Shown here in pieces: positions 15,201 through 25,949 of a stretch of DNA of 64,000 nucleotides. Under the pieces are notes generated by a model. The model did no database searches and had not been told where the DNA came from. It was given only the letters and a program-made list of their open reading frames with translations. The position numbers and the translations under genes are program-made. The first letter of the stretch is position 1. Each line of letters opens with the position of its first letter. The DNA comes from Neoechinorhynchus agilis (taxonomy: Eukaryota; Animalia; Acanthocephala), in assembly GCA_051530055.1 (NCBI GenBank), contig CM121341.1, positions 16,532,784 to 16,596,783 of the forward strand, given 5' to 3'.

Positions 15201-15813
15201 CGCTGCGGATTGAATAATTGCGACTGTTTCACCCAATGGCCGCGTGTCCAATTTTCGAAAAGAACGGTTTCCCAAATTACTCTCTGATTCGCAACATGAT
15301 GTTAAGTCATCACTAGAACAACTCCATAATGTGCCGGAACTGCACGACAGTTTGCTGTTAGCACCCTCCGATTCGGGACTAAAGAATTCCGTGGTTGTGG
15401 AACATCTTGATGAGCATTCAATAGATTTCCAAGTATCACTTTCTTTATTGCTTAAATGCGATTTTGAAGTCACTTTATCTGATATTCCCTTCGGAGAAAA
15501 TAAATTTCTTGCCTTTTTCGACACATCAACCAGCCAACCAAAACCCGAACTAAAAGCTGTCGGAACCTAATTGGTTGTTGGTCAATACATGAATTTAAAA
15601 AAGTACACAAACCTTTTGCAATGAATCGGCACTTTGTACATCCGAACTTTTAATTGGAGCTACTTCTGGATCTGCTTCGTGGACAATCGCTTCTGGCCGC
15701 AATGAATCACTCGATAACAATGCGCCATGGATTGCATTTTGTTTCACAAGTGCCAATGTTTTAATTTTTGTAGCCTTAGAAGTTGTCAGTTGGAACGATC
15801 CCTTCTGGCTCAT
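217..15813 (-). CDS. Giant S/K/E/D-rich tandem-repeat protein (~5,000 aa), function unknown. Exon 1 15813-15613, 46-bp intron 15612-15567, then one long exon broken by frameshifts at ~10387 and 8870-9065
   Basis: ORFs 15595-15813, 10128-15524, 8962-10302 and 217-8916 join up. The GTTTGT...AATTAG intron splices exon 1 in phase 0 onto VPTAFSSGFGWLVDVSKKARN. Repeat units keep frame (390 or 387 bp). Confidence 0.8.
961..11500 (-). repeat. Coding tandem array of ~27 x 390-bp (130-aa) units
   Basis: The motif ..SRTGPQIPL[RS]P.KKDSA.. recurs every 390 bp (e.g. lines 1021/1411/1801 and 8431/8821). Confidence 0.95.
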
Positions 15814-16699
15814 ATCATCGAGAAATGTAAATGCTAAAGAGAGCTATTTTGTTTCTATGGCAACAATTTTCATGTCTTATATTTACAAAATAGTTTAACA
15901 TATTACAAAAACATCATCCAACAATACAAATCTTTAAGTTATAATTAATTTCTTGTTCTGCAATTTACGTCCGTTGATCTCCAAAGAACGCGAAAAGGAA
16001 TTTAAAAAGATTGTATGTTGCTTCTACCAAAGAATTTATAATTTGCGCTTCCTACCAAATTCATTACAAATATCCAATACTTCTGCTTCCAATTTTCATG
16101 TCCGACGGAATAAGTGATTTCGATGAATCACGTTTATCCATATTTCATGGATTAAGCATAAACTTTTTTAAACAGAAAAAGCCCCATCAAATGTAGCGCT
16201 CGCTGTCTACAGATAAAAGTGGCGCTGCGATATCGGAGAACAGTTAGTTTCCGTCTCGTTATCTACCTGACGATCTAGTTGGACTTTTGATGCAGCTTAA
16301 TATGGTGGAGCGCCAAATGATGGGACCTGAAAAGGTTTTTTGTAAACGAATGTGTCCCGGTTTTGGCTTCTTCGACTCTTCTCCCAAAAGATTTATCGAC
16401 TCGTTTCGTGCAGCGTCCCACTTCAAAGGAAAATTTTCTTATACGAATTGCTAAGGAAAGCATGAGAGAATACACGCAATCCGGATTAACTAGGAAATAT
16501 TTCCAATATTAACTCCAATCGAAAATCATCGACTATGCCACTATAGCATTAAACCCGTTTGCTTGGCTGTGTTTTCGCTAGGCTGCATTAAGAAAGGGAC
16601 GATAGGAATCTCAATACTCCAGACAAATAACGGACACCCTTATTTCCCTTAATGTTACTCCCCTAGCCGATTCATTCCCTTGGCTGTGGTTTCGCTGGG

Positions 16700-17290
16700 C
16701 TAACAAATCGGTACAAATGCAAGTGGTAGTTCTTGATTTCCTGTAGATTGAATTGATAATCCCGTCAAAGATATACCGACGATAGCTCCTAATCCTAGAA
16801 AAGCAAGACATATTGACACTTCGTCTAAACAATCAGCACCATCTATGATCTCATCGATTGAAGCAGCCATGCATACAAAAGCAATTCCAGTGCAAATTCC
16901 ATTACAAATCGTATAAAGCAACAAAAAGGAGGACGAGCGAACGTTACGGACGAAGGTGTCGATTACGCCCAGAACGCATTGAGCGAATGCGGTGACGCAG
17001 ATTGGTCTTGTCTGATACTCACATATTATCCACTTTATTGATATTTTTGCTACAACCATGATCACTCCTATGTGGATTTTTGTCGATTTTAGTAGATTCC
17101 TACGAAAATATGCTTATCGATTCGTGCATTTAAAAATACGTGAAAAAATTATAAGCGGAATTTCGCCAATTTGTTTCCCAATGGAGTGGCGCGGAATGAG
17201 GGATATAATGAAAATTTGTTTCCAACAATTATAAAGGGACCATCGTTTCTTGAGAAATTTGGTAACAGTTTGAACACTAGGCCAACATTT
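16700..17290 (-). pseudogene. MFS/SLC16-like transporter C-terminal transmembrane remnant
   Basis: LLLYTICNGICTGIAFVCMAASIDEII..LAFLGLGAIVGISLTGLSIQSTGN resembles MFS TM10-12. Upstream sequence needs frameshifts, and there is an early stop at 16700. Confidence 0.4.
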
Positions 17291-17432
17291 TCACTCAGAT
17301 AATAGTGGATGATTCATTAAGCATTGGAAATTCACAACATGTTACATAGTTACTGGATCTTTGTGTGGCATTTTTAATTTTAAGATATAGATAGATTTTT
17401 CCAAAACGTTCTCGAGTACGATGTTTTATTTT

Positions 17433-17469
17433 GTCCGAATTTTCGCCGCTTCACGGCTTCTTCGGGGAC
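17433..17469 (-). ncRNA. Minimal type-I hammerhead-like motif (U4C variant)
   Basis: Reverse complement reads GUCC-CCGAAGA-A-GCCG(UGAAG)CGGC-GAAA-AUU-C-GGAC, then AATAAA. Confidence 0.65.
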
Positions 17470-18225
17470 TCTCCCTCGCTCTGAAAGGTCAGAAAAGTGA
17501 TAAACTGTCTGACAATTCATCCTTCCGATTCGCAAGCAACGGATATTCTACACAAGAAGTAGACCGGATGATTGACAGGGCAAACAACCGACGAAATCGG
17601 AACGATCGATTTACCACTGTTGAGAATTCCGTATATATCCGAAGATTTCACATGGAACGTGAAGCGAATACTTTTGGAATGCCACGCCAGAGCACGGGTT
17701 GTGCATATGACCGGCCCTTCCTTAAGAAAACTTATGATGAGGACTAATCACCACGAGGATCAGGAGAATTGTCCAAAAAGTGCATTATGTGCACTCAATG
17801 TCAATTGGACAATGAAGATGGACGACGAAGACCGAAGGCAGCCTGTATGATGAACAACGTGGTATACCGGATCACATGCGGCAATTGCAAGGACCAGGGG
17901 AAATCCTGCAGCTACATTGGAAAGACGGAGCGGAGGCTACACCAGCGGGTAACTGAGCATTTCTGAAATGCACGTAACCCGCACGCACCGTCGTACGTGT
18001 CGGCACCGTGGGCCACCCATTTTGCTAACCACCACCACGATAATGTTAGCTTAGCCTTGGGGTGGGGGTTCTCTACAAGGCCTCTGATCCTGTAGACCTT
18101 TTGCATTGCTGATGCTCTGCTTATTGGCCGTGGAGGAGTAGCAGGGTCAACTGATGGGTCACTCAATCGGAAGGATGAATTGTCAGACAGTTTATCACTT
18201 TTCTGACCTTTCAGAGTGAGGGAGA

Positions 18226-18262
18226 GTCCCCGAAGAAGCCGCGAAACGGCGAAAATTAGGAC
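18226..18262 (+). ncRNA. Minimal type-I hammerhead-like motif (U4C variant)
   Basis: GUCC-CCGAAGA-A-GCCG(CGAAA)CGGC-GAAA-AUU-A-GGAC, then AATAAA. Confidence 0.65.
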
Positions 18263-19027
18263 AAAATTAAAAAATAAAACGTACTAGGTAACGTTTTGGG
18301 GAAAATCTATCTATAACAACGCGAGTACGCAACAAAGATGCCTTCCATCAATTAATTTTAAGATATAATAAATAATACACTTCTCAATCCTTTGTAAGCA
18401 GAAATTCCCATGATAGGTATGTTTTTAATTTTTCCATACACGGCCGAATGGACATCCCATGTTCACCAGCTCAGGTAGAAGGTAGAGAGCTTATATGATG
18501 AACAGCGGGTTATGTTCAATGCTGCGAACTCTAGAATAAAAAACAAGGCTGCAAATAGTAAAAGTTTTTCAAATAGAAAGAATACATTTGAGATTTAAAC
18601 CGAGTTTATTAGCACGAAAAGCTTTGGATTTTACTGGTGTTAAAAGTTTCTTCATTTGATTAGTGTCCATTTTAGGGGACAGATTTAAATTAAAGGTATG
18701 CCCTAAAATGTGAAGCTTAGCCGGGGTACGAGACGGATGAAATATTGAGATCAATAATCAGTCTCTATTTTTATAATCACCAAAGAACACACAAATGAAC
18801 AACTTCTTTACTGAAATTGATCCGTAGTGACGTTATATGAAGGCGTTTTGAAGAGCTGTTGGCAATCTAATGTAAATCCAACAATAAACAGCTTTTATAC
18901 TAAACAAAACGCTTTTCGCATTGTTGATCAACAATCCTTGGTGACGCTCAGAGAGAGCATCGATGTTTGGATTCTTTTGTCTTACACGATGTGTACATAT
19001 TCTCGAGTTTCGGTTACGGTCTCTGAA

Positions 19028-20485
19028 ATGTCTCAGCAGGAAAAAGACATCATTGAAAACGTCTCCGATGCTGTATTCGCTGAGAGTGAAATCCATGACA
19101 ATGTTTTCTTGGGTGATGTAATCCGTGGTCCTAAATATCCCTCAGACATTGCGACGAGTGAACAACTCTTGTCTAGCTTCCGTACAATCGGAATCCAAGC
19201 ATCAAAATTGTACGATGCAAGTGAGATTATCCTTGAAATGATTAGTCTTCGAAATACCGATACTCATGGTGAAGAAGGCATTGCGAGTCTCATAAGCAAT
19301 CCAAGGAGGTGTCTACGTGGATGTACGATCTTTCTCGGATACACGTCCAACATGATGTCCAGTGGATTGCGCGAGATATTTTGCTACATGGCCAAAAACG
19401 ATATGATCGATTGTATTGTCACCTCAGCTGGTGGAATTGAAGAAGATTTTATCAAGTGCTTGGATGATTTTAGAATTGGTGACTTCAATTTGGATGGATC
19501 TAAGTTGCGATCGCAACATCTAAATCGAATTGGAAACATAATGGCACCTAATTCTGCATATTGCAAATTTGAGAATTGGTTAACTCCAATTCTTGACGAA
19601 ATGCTTAATGATCAAATTCAAAAAGGCGTGCAATGGACGCCGTCAAAGATGATCAAATTATTGGGAAAGAAAATCAATAATCCAGAAAGCGTCTATTATT
19701 GGACTGCTAGAAATGATATTCCCGTGTTTTGTCCAGCAATTACTGACGGATCTTTGGGTGATATTATGTAAGCAACAGAAACTAGGAAGATTTTCGAAAT
19801 TTCGTAGGTTTTATTATAAAGTAGAACTTTTTGGGTTAGGTAGAAACTAACGTAGTGTCGTCTTGTCTTTCCGTGAGCATGGCCACCGAAAGCAAAGCAC
19901 TTTTAGAAGCACAAATTTTTAAAATAATTTTTTAAACCGCGCTCTACGTTCATTAGCGAACAGCAGGAATTTATTAGTTGAGATTTTCTTGAATTTGCAC
20001 TTCGATTTCGTGCGGTTTTCTCTTCCGAAAGCGACAAGACAACCGACGGTCATTTGTTTTAAAAAAACGTTCATTTTTTGTGCTTCGGCTTCCACCTTCC
20101 GAGTTTCTGCTAATATTTCCACACTTACAAGTCTCAAGAAACTCACCTTAGGATGGATGTTATCGAGGATCAACGTGAATTGAACAATATCGCAGTTTAC
20201 GCAAAACGAACAGGAATCATAATTTTAGGCGGAGGAGTAGCTAAGCATCAGATCTGCAACGCGAATTTGATGAGAAATGGCAGTGAGTACTGCGTTTTCG
20301 TAAACACGGGAATTGAACACGATGCTAGTGATTCAGGTGCATCAGTTGACGAAGCAAAATCCTGGGGAAAAGTTAGAAGTGGCGCAAAGAGCGTTAAAGT
20401 ATTCTGTGATGCAAGTATAGCTTTTCCCTTAATAGCGGCGTCCACATTTCTTCGACATAAACAGAGGACCGAAAGTGAAGTATAA
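19028..20485 (+). CDS. DHPS: Deoxyhypusine synthase; exons 19028-19767, 19808-19820 (13-nt microexon), 20132-20485
   Basis: Motifs FLGYTSNMMSSGLRE, VTSAGGIEEDFIKCL, HLNRIGN, PAITDGSLGD, IILGGGVAKHQICNANLMRNG, SDSGASVDEAKSWGK. The spliced CDS is 1107 nt with no internal stop. Confidence 0.95.
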
Positions 20486-20699
20486 TTCCGACAAACCAAA
20501 TCGTTATTTTGTTAATAAATTTTAAGCGATCTATTTGTGCTTTAATGTTTAAACTTTATTCTTAAAAATCTTAAGACATACGACCTCGACCGCCGGCGAG
20601 ATTGGGCGTGATTTTAAATATTAAATATTTAATAAACACAGATGACAACTAGAAGATCGAATGTGTCATTTCTCCGCAGCAATCGTAGAGGTATCTTAA

Positions 20700-21720
20700 G
20701 ATATGAATCTGATCCTGCAAGATTTCATCGGGATGATTCGCAAAAAAAGAGAGTTGATACATAAACGGCATTGTGGGAAATTAGTAACAATAACAAAGAA
20801 GCATTACTTTGATGCACACATATCAAATAGTTCTGTGTTCGATTTCACGCAGATTGTCTTAACACTTCATGTCATGGAACTGCTCAATTATGGACCGGAC
20901 TTGATTCCGGTTGGCAAATTCAACAATGCTAATTTTGGTGGATTCACAAAGGCATTGCTACACAAAAGGGAAACATGAGAAAACGTATTAACATCCCTCT
21001 ACGACTGATTTTTTTAGCTATGAATGACCTTAATTGAATTAAGAACATACGCACCACGAAGTTCGACAAAAGCAAGGAATTCTGTATAGTATAGCTGAAG
21101 ACGGCTACCATAGGATGGCTGCGAATATCTCATTAGGTACACATTTCCGATCTAATGATGAATGCCCCACTATGAAACGGGAAAAGATGTTCAATCAATT
21201 CTTACTAACGCTGAAGAAGCGTGGAAGGATTGATCCTAGTCGCCGTTAAAAGCCCGACTAATTATTGCCTTATATTCTGCATACAACATCGGAAGAGCTG
21301 GAACATTTGCTAACATGTTGTTGTAGATTTCCTGGAAAGATTGAAGGAGCACAAGAGTAAAGAATATAGAATGGTTAGTGGTGATGTCAAGTCTCTATTC
21401 ACAAAAGTGCCACTAGACTCAGCGATCAATCTTGCGATTCCTATACTTCAACGCAATTTTGAAGGATGGAATTTAACCAAACCTGAATGGAAGGAACTTT
21501 TATACATGCGCATGAGAAACATGAATTTTAGTTTCGAAGTAAGAGCTACGATCAAGTTGATGAATTATCCATGAGGAGTCCTCTTGCCTCAGTTTTCGCT
21601 GAATTGTTCAGACGTGATTGGGAGGCCAAGTATGTTTCAAACCTACCGTATGTTAAATTCTGGCAGGGGTACGTAGAAAATACTTTTATCTTAATCGACA
21701 AATTCACAGACGGAAAAAGA
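20700..21720 (+). mobile_element. Degraded Penelope-like RT fragment
   Basis: MVSGDVKSLFTKVPL and MRSPLASVFAELF..FWQGYVENTF match PLE RT motifs (S.DV.SLFT.VP, MGSPL, W.RYVDD); stops and frameshifts are present. Confidence 0.75.
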
Positions 21721-21737
21721 TCGGCATTCTTTTTTTG

Positions 21738-21980
21738 ATAATTGTGAAATGTGGAGTGAGTGAACGTTTAAACCTAAAAATCATTATTTATTTTAAATAT
21801 TAAATAAATGAAATAATTTGCATAAATTATGTTTGGTTATAAAAAATATATCTTTTTCTGTGATTTGTGAAATGCGGAGTGAGTGAACGTTTAAACTTAA
21901 AAATCATTATTGATTTTAAATATTGAATAACTGAAATAACTTATATGAATTAAGTTTGGAGTGAAAAATATATCATAGAT
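21738..21980. repeat. AT-rich ~120-bp tandem duplication (2 copies)
   Basis: gtgaaatg[t/c]ggagtgagtgaacgtttaaac[c/t]taaaaatcattatt recurs at ~21744 and ~21868. Confidence 0.8.
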
Positions 21981-22039
21981 AGAACATGCTTCGGGATAAT
22001 TAAGGTATAATTTTGGTGAGCATAATCCTGGGAATGGCA

Positions 22040-23330
22040 TATATTATTGTTACGAAATATTTCACGAGATAACCTCGCCTCATAAATCATCTAAAAGGGG
22101 ATTTTACAAATAATGTGTTCTTTGGCTCGGGAGCACGGGATGGCCTTATCCGAAGTTCGGGATCACGTTTCCGCTCCCATTGTGCTTTTGTGCTAAAATT
22201 AGCTTTATTTCCTTCCATTGTGTTGGACACAGCGATATGTTAGGCTTCCAAAACAAGACGTCTCTTTAGGTTTGGCTCTCTTTCTACAAAATAAGTACCA
22301 CCAAATTCAGCGCATTGTTGAAAAGTCTGTTGGTGATTGGAAATGGCAGAGAAATTCTCAAATCTGCTGCAAACTTGATTGTGCTGGGCGACCTTCTTTT
22401 TAATGCCCTGCATCTTTTGCCCGATGTTCACAGTGCGTTCTGTAAACCCCATGAGTCGGCTCAGTTTTACCCTTCCTCTTGCATGTGCTTCTCACGGCGG
22501 TTCCTTTATTATAGTAGAGGCGAATTCCAGACTTCGCACCCATAATAGAGTAGATCATTTGATTAGTCTTATCGTTGATGAAATGCACTCTTTCAAAGCG
22601 TACAGGCTCTGCATACGATTTTTTGTTGAGCGGTCGGTAGTTACAGCTTATGGTGCCGCGGTCTATTCTCCATTGGGGATATCCCCTCATTATCAACTCC
22701 TCGATTATTCTCAGCATCTGTCATGATTCTTTTCTCGTGCCTATTTGCAACGTTCTTGGCTTTGCGGGAAGCTCTTCTTATCGCCGATTCGGATAGCCAA
22801 TTGCTCTTAGAGCTTGAGTAATCAAACGTATTTCAGCCTGTCGTAATCTTTAAGTTAAGCATATTTTATGGGCTCTCTAAAACAGGGGCACTGCTGCAGA
22901 TATTTTATGAATCCGGAGTATGTCTAAGACCAATGTGAAGTAAACCAGGCCAAGTTTGGTTTCCTGAACACGTTTTTTTCTCTATCATTTGTAAGGAAGG
23001 TAAGCGACGACTAACAGTAACAATGTGACTAGCGTAAAGCCATCTTTCATCGAAATAGGCTGCTTAGTTCAACCGATGGAGGATAATAACGCCAGCATCA
23101 GTTTTAAGTTGCCGTTGAAAAGGCAGTGGTAACCTTCCTGCGGAGTTCTAGTTGACAACGAGTCCAATAACAGGCGTTTAAGGAACATCTTGCCCGATAA
23201 TATCTAGTCCGCAGGATAACGCTATAATGTTTGTATTTTAGATGTGGCAAACCTTGAGGAAATGTCGGAATTATCCGACGTGAAATATCGGAAATAAATT
23301 AGTTAATATTTAAATTCGGCGTCACCTTTA
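22040..23330 (-). mobile_element. Degraded Penelope-like element (RT thumb to GIY-YIG) with hammerhead-like ends: 22052-22090 (-) and inverted 23252-23291 (+)
   Basis: Minus strand reads ..AEIRLITQALRAIGYP.. and THGVYRTHCEH..LVLEA. Plus-strand end: CC-UUGAGGA-A-AUGUCGGA(AUUA)UCCGACGU-GAAA-UAU-C-GG-AAATAAA. Minus-strand end: AUGA-UUUAUGA-G-GCGAG(GUUAU)CUCGU-GAAA-UAU-U-UCGU. Confidence 0.65.
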
Positions 23331-23621
23331 TTTCACTTTCAGGAAAATAATCTTTTGTTGGAACGCTTCATTTTAATGACCGTATATTTGAAGCTCGTTA
23401 AATCTTCTCGTCTAATTAATCATATTTTCAACCATTTTAATCGCAGCAACTGAAAACCAAAAACATTTCGCTTTTTTTCGATAAAGCGGTAGCATTTTAC
23501 GAAATTTAAAGCTTATTTTTAGTTTCAACCAGTAATTCTAATTTCGCTCAAAACTTCGCATGAAAAGCAAGAAAGAAATAAGTCAGAACTTTTGCTTCCT
23601 GTTTAAACCTTTCCTAAAAAG

Positions 23622-24124
23622 ATGTTGAAACCATTCTCAAACGTGAGTTTTTTTATCAATGTTATTGTTCAATATCGAAACTGTTCATAGTTCATTGGGA
23701 CACAGTTCCGAAATAGATCTTATGGGTACCCTGGTTTTTACATGATTCGCGATATTCGTCGAAGAGAGCTCATAAGGAGATTCTACCCTGAACGATACCG
23801 ACTGAGGGCGATACGATTTAATCGTGTACTTCCTCAAGTCATGCGAGTTAGCTTATTTTAGTTGTTTAATATTAAAATGTTCAATCGCTAAATTAGGACG
23901 ACGCAAGGGATAAAATGGAAAATGTTCCTTGGCCAAACAATCCATTCGTTGCCCGAGATCGATGCGTTCTAACATCAAGATGGAGATCGATTCTTTTGGA
24001 ATATAGAATTAGCCGTCTCTCTTTTAGGAACCTCGCTGATTATAATCATTTGTCCGGCGTGATACAAGCTCGTTGGAAAAACCCAACCGAAAACGCTATT
24101 ATGAAAGTGGCCAAGAGTAAATGA
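23622..24124 (+). CDS. MRPS14: Mitochondrial ribosomal protein uS14m; exons 23622-23642, 23691-23846, 23897-24124
   Basis: Spliced product has MIRDIRRR..ERYRLRAIRFNRVLP..RDRCVLTSR..RISRLSFRNLADYNHLSGV..W, the uS14 signature. Introns are 48 and 50 bp, both phase 0 GT-AG. Confidence 0.9.
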
Positions 24125-24672
24125 GGGTTCGTTTTGATTACCACTCGCTTTTTTTGAGACAAAAGTCATATCGGTTTTGGGGAGGAGGAATCAAATTTTT
24201 GGTTTAAACGCTAAGAGTTTTCTTCGAAGAGGTGGATGCTCGACGAACGGGGACACCAAGGAAACTAACGGTCAAGTTAATATTTTAACCGTAATTTAAA
24301 AAAATTGCAAGTTCATCAAATCAACCATATAGTTTTTGGGAATTATCCTTTGAATTTACATTGTTTGTTCACTTCACGATTGTTTATTGATTTTTAAGTA
24401 GCATGTCTTTACGATGCTATTAAGATATTGCGTATATCTTTAAGCAATAAAAATGGCCTTCTTGGTCGTTGCAAATATTTCACGTTTAAAACTAGCAATT
24501 TTTTAAGAATAGTATAAAAATTCGAAGTTCATCAGTTTCTTAAGAAATTTTAAAAATGGCTTTTTTTAAGTTCCTATGAATAACAATCAATGAAAATTCT
24601 CGTTCGATAATGTTTTGCGCAGTATTTAAATAATAAATTAATTCTATCCAATTGTTCCTTCGAGTGGATGTG

Positions 24673-24882
24673 TATTCTCAATGGGGAATTGTAACACACT
24701 CGAGTTTTATTGAAATCAACCTTGCGAATTTTCAAGGCATCGGCCTCCTTCTCAAGCATTGCTTGTAAACTCGAATATTTAAAAACTTACAAGCAATGCT
24801 TGAGAAAGAGGCTGAGGCCTTGAAAATTCGCAAGGTTGATTTCAATAAAACTCGAGTGTGTTACAATTCGCCATTGAGAATA
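24673..24882. repeat. Near-perfect palindrome: 96-bp arms (92/96 identical), 18-bp spacer; each arm carries a hammerhead-like motif (24723-24758 minus, 24797-24832 plus)
   Basis: Arms 24673-24768 and 24787-24882 are reverse complements. The motif is UGC-UUGAGAA-R-GAGGC(loop)GCCUU-GAAA-AUU-C-GCA, then AATAAA. Confidence 0.9.
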
Positions 24883-25949
24883 AAGTAATTGCCCAAAAAA
24901 ACTAAATCAAGAATGGTGGACATTGCAATGCATTTTATAATAGAAAGCTGTATTTAACTGTTTGTGATAAAGAGATTCCAAAAATCGATGTTAAGACGGC
25001 TAAAAATTATTAGCGAATCTAAACAAACAACAGCTTCTATCGAAATTCAAGAGTGTAAAAAATGCAATTGTTCAGCTGTATAATTTTTCAAAGGGGTTTC
25101 TGTTAGGGATAGAAATAGCGCTATAAAATTCACTTTTGTTCCTTGCTAAAACGACTGTTGTATGCTTTAGCTTTTTTAAGTTCACTGCAACTATCACAAA
25201 AAAACTAAACATTAAATGATGTGATTTAAACATGTACGAATTATTTGCAGAATTGAATTGTATTCGTTTCATTTTAAAAACCCTTTGAGATCATTGATTT
25301 TCGGGAATGCGGATGTAATATGATCGATTTACGGTCGATTCCTATATCGTCAACAAAGTCAACATTGACACATGGAAGGTAATAACGACAAGAAATGCAA
25401 AAGTTGTTTGTTTGAAATCACTAACTTTAAACTTTAGTAGAAGAGGGGATGTTATATTAACTATTAAGCACTTTGTATAATCATACACTACATTTTAATT
25501 TTGATTGATTGCAACATCTTTTTTCCTGTCGATCACCAAAAATTTAAGCGCTTTCTGATCGCCAAGTTAATTCTGAAAAATGAACTAAGCACTTTTGATT
25601 AACAGCGCAGCTAATTTATATATTTTTAGAATCTGATTTTGTATAGTACAAATATGACTAAAATCTAAAACATGCAAAATCGCCGACTATAATTTTTCTC
25701 AGAACAACGCGAGTATTTGTTTAGCGCTTTGAAGTGGCACAGAAATTGGCTATTATACTCAAATCCCGTTGTATTGGTGTTTTTTTATTTGCAATAGCGT
25801 CGCTCACAACGCTCACGCATTTTTAACCTTGAATTCGTTTTGTCGAAAATAAATTGCTTTGACAAAACTAAACTCGGTTAGATTAGAAAAACACGGCGTA
25901 GGATTATTTAAGGCGACGAAAATGCATTCATACTCAACCACATCGAACA

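Larger units (their letters stand above)
17390..18352 (+). mobile_element. 5'-truncated Penelope-like element (GIY-YIG 3' end) with inverted terminal repeat pair and 15-bp target duplication
   Basis: VVYRITCGNC..SYIGKTERRLHQRVTEHF (17769-17966) is a PLE GIY-YIG motif. Inverted arms lie at 17386-17530 and 18165-18315. The direct repeat TAATTTTAAGATATA lies at 17375-17389 and 18353-18367. Confidence 0.85.

Noticed and set aside
18490-18545. ATGATGA..CAGC/GCTG..GAAC..AATAAA as a hammerhead or C/D snoRNA
   Set aside because: The core is broken at two positions, there is no stem I, and no box D.
21100-21135. CTGAAGA followed by a hairpin
   Set aside because: It lies inside PLE coding sequence, lacks an intact GAAA and has no stem I.
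24574-24882. ORF MLEKEADALKIRK.. whose two inverted copies differ only at third codon positions
   Set aside because: Two of the four changes fall in a hammerhead stem II loop, and the unit has the ribozyme-plus-AATAAA layout of the other loci. Four sites are too few to infer coding selection.
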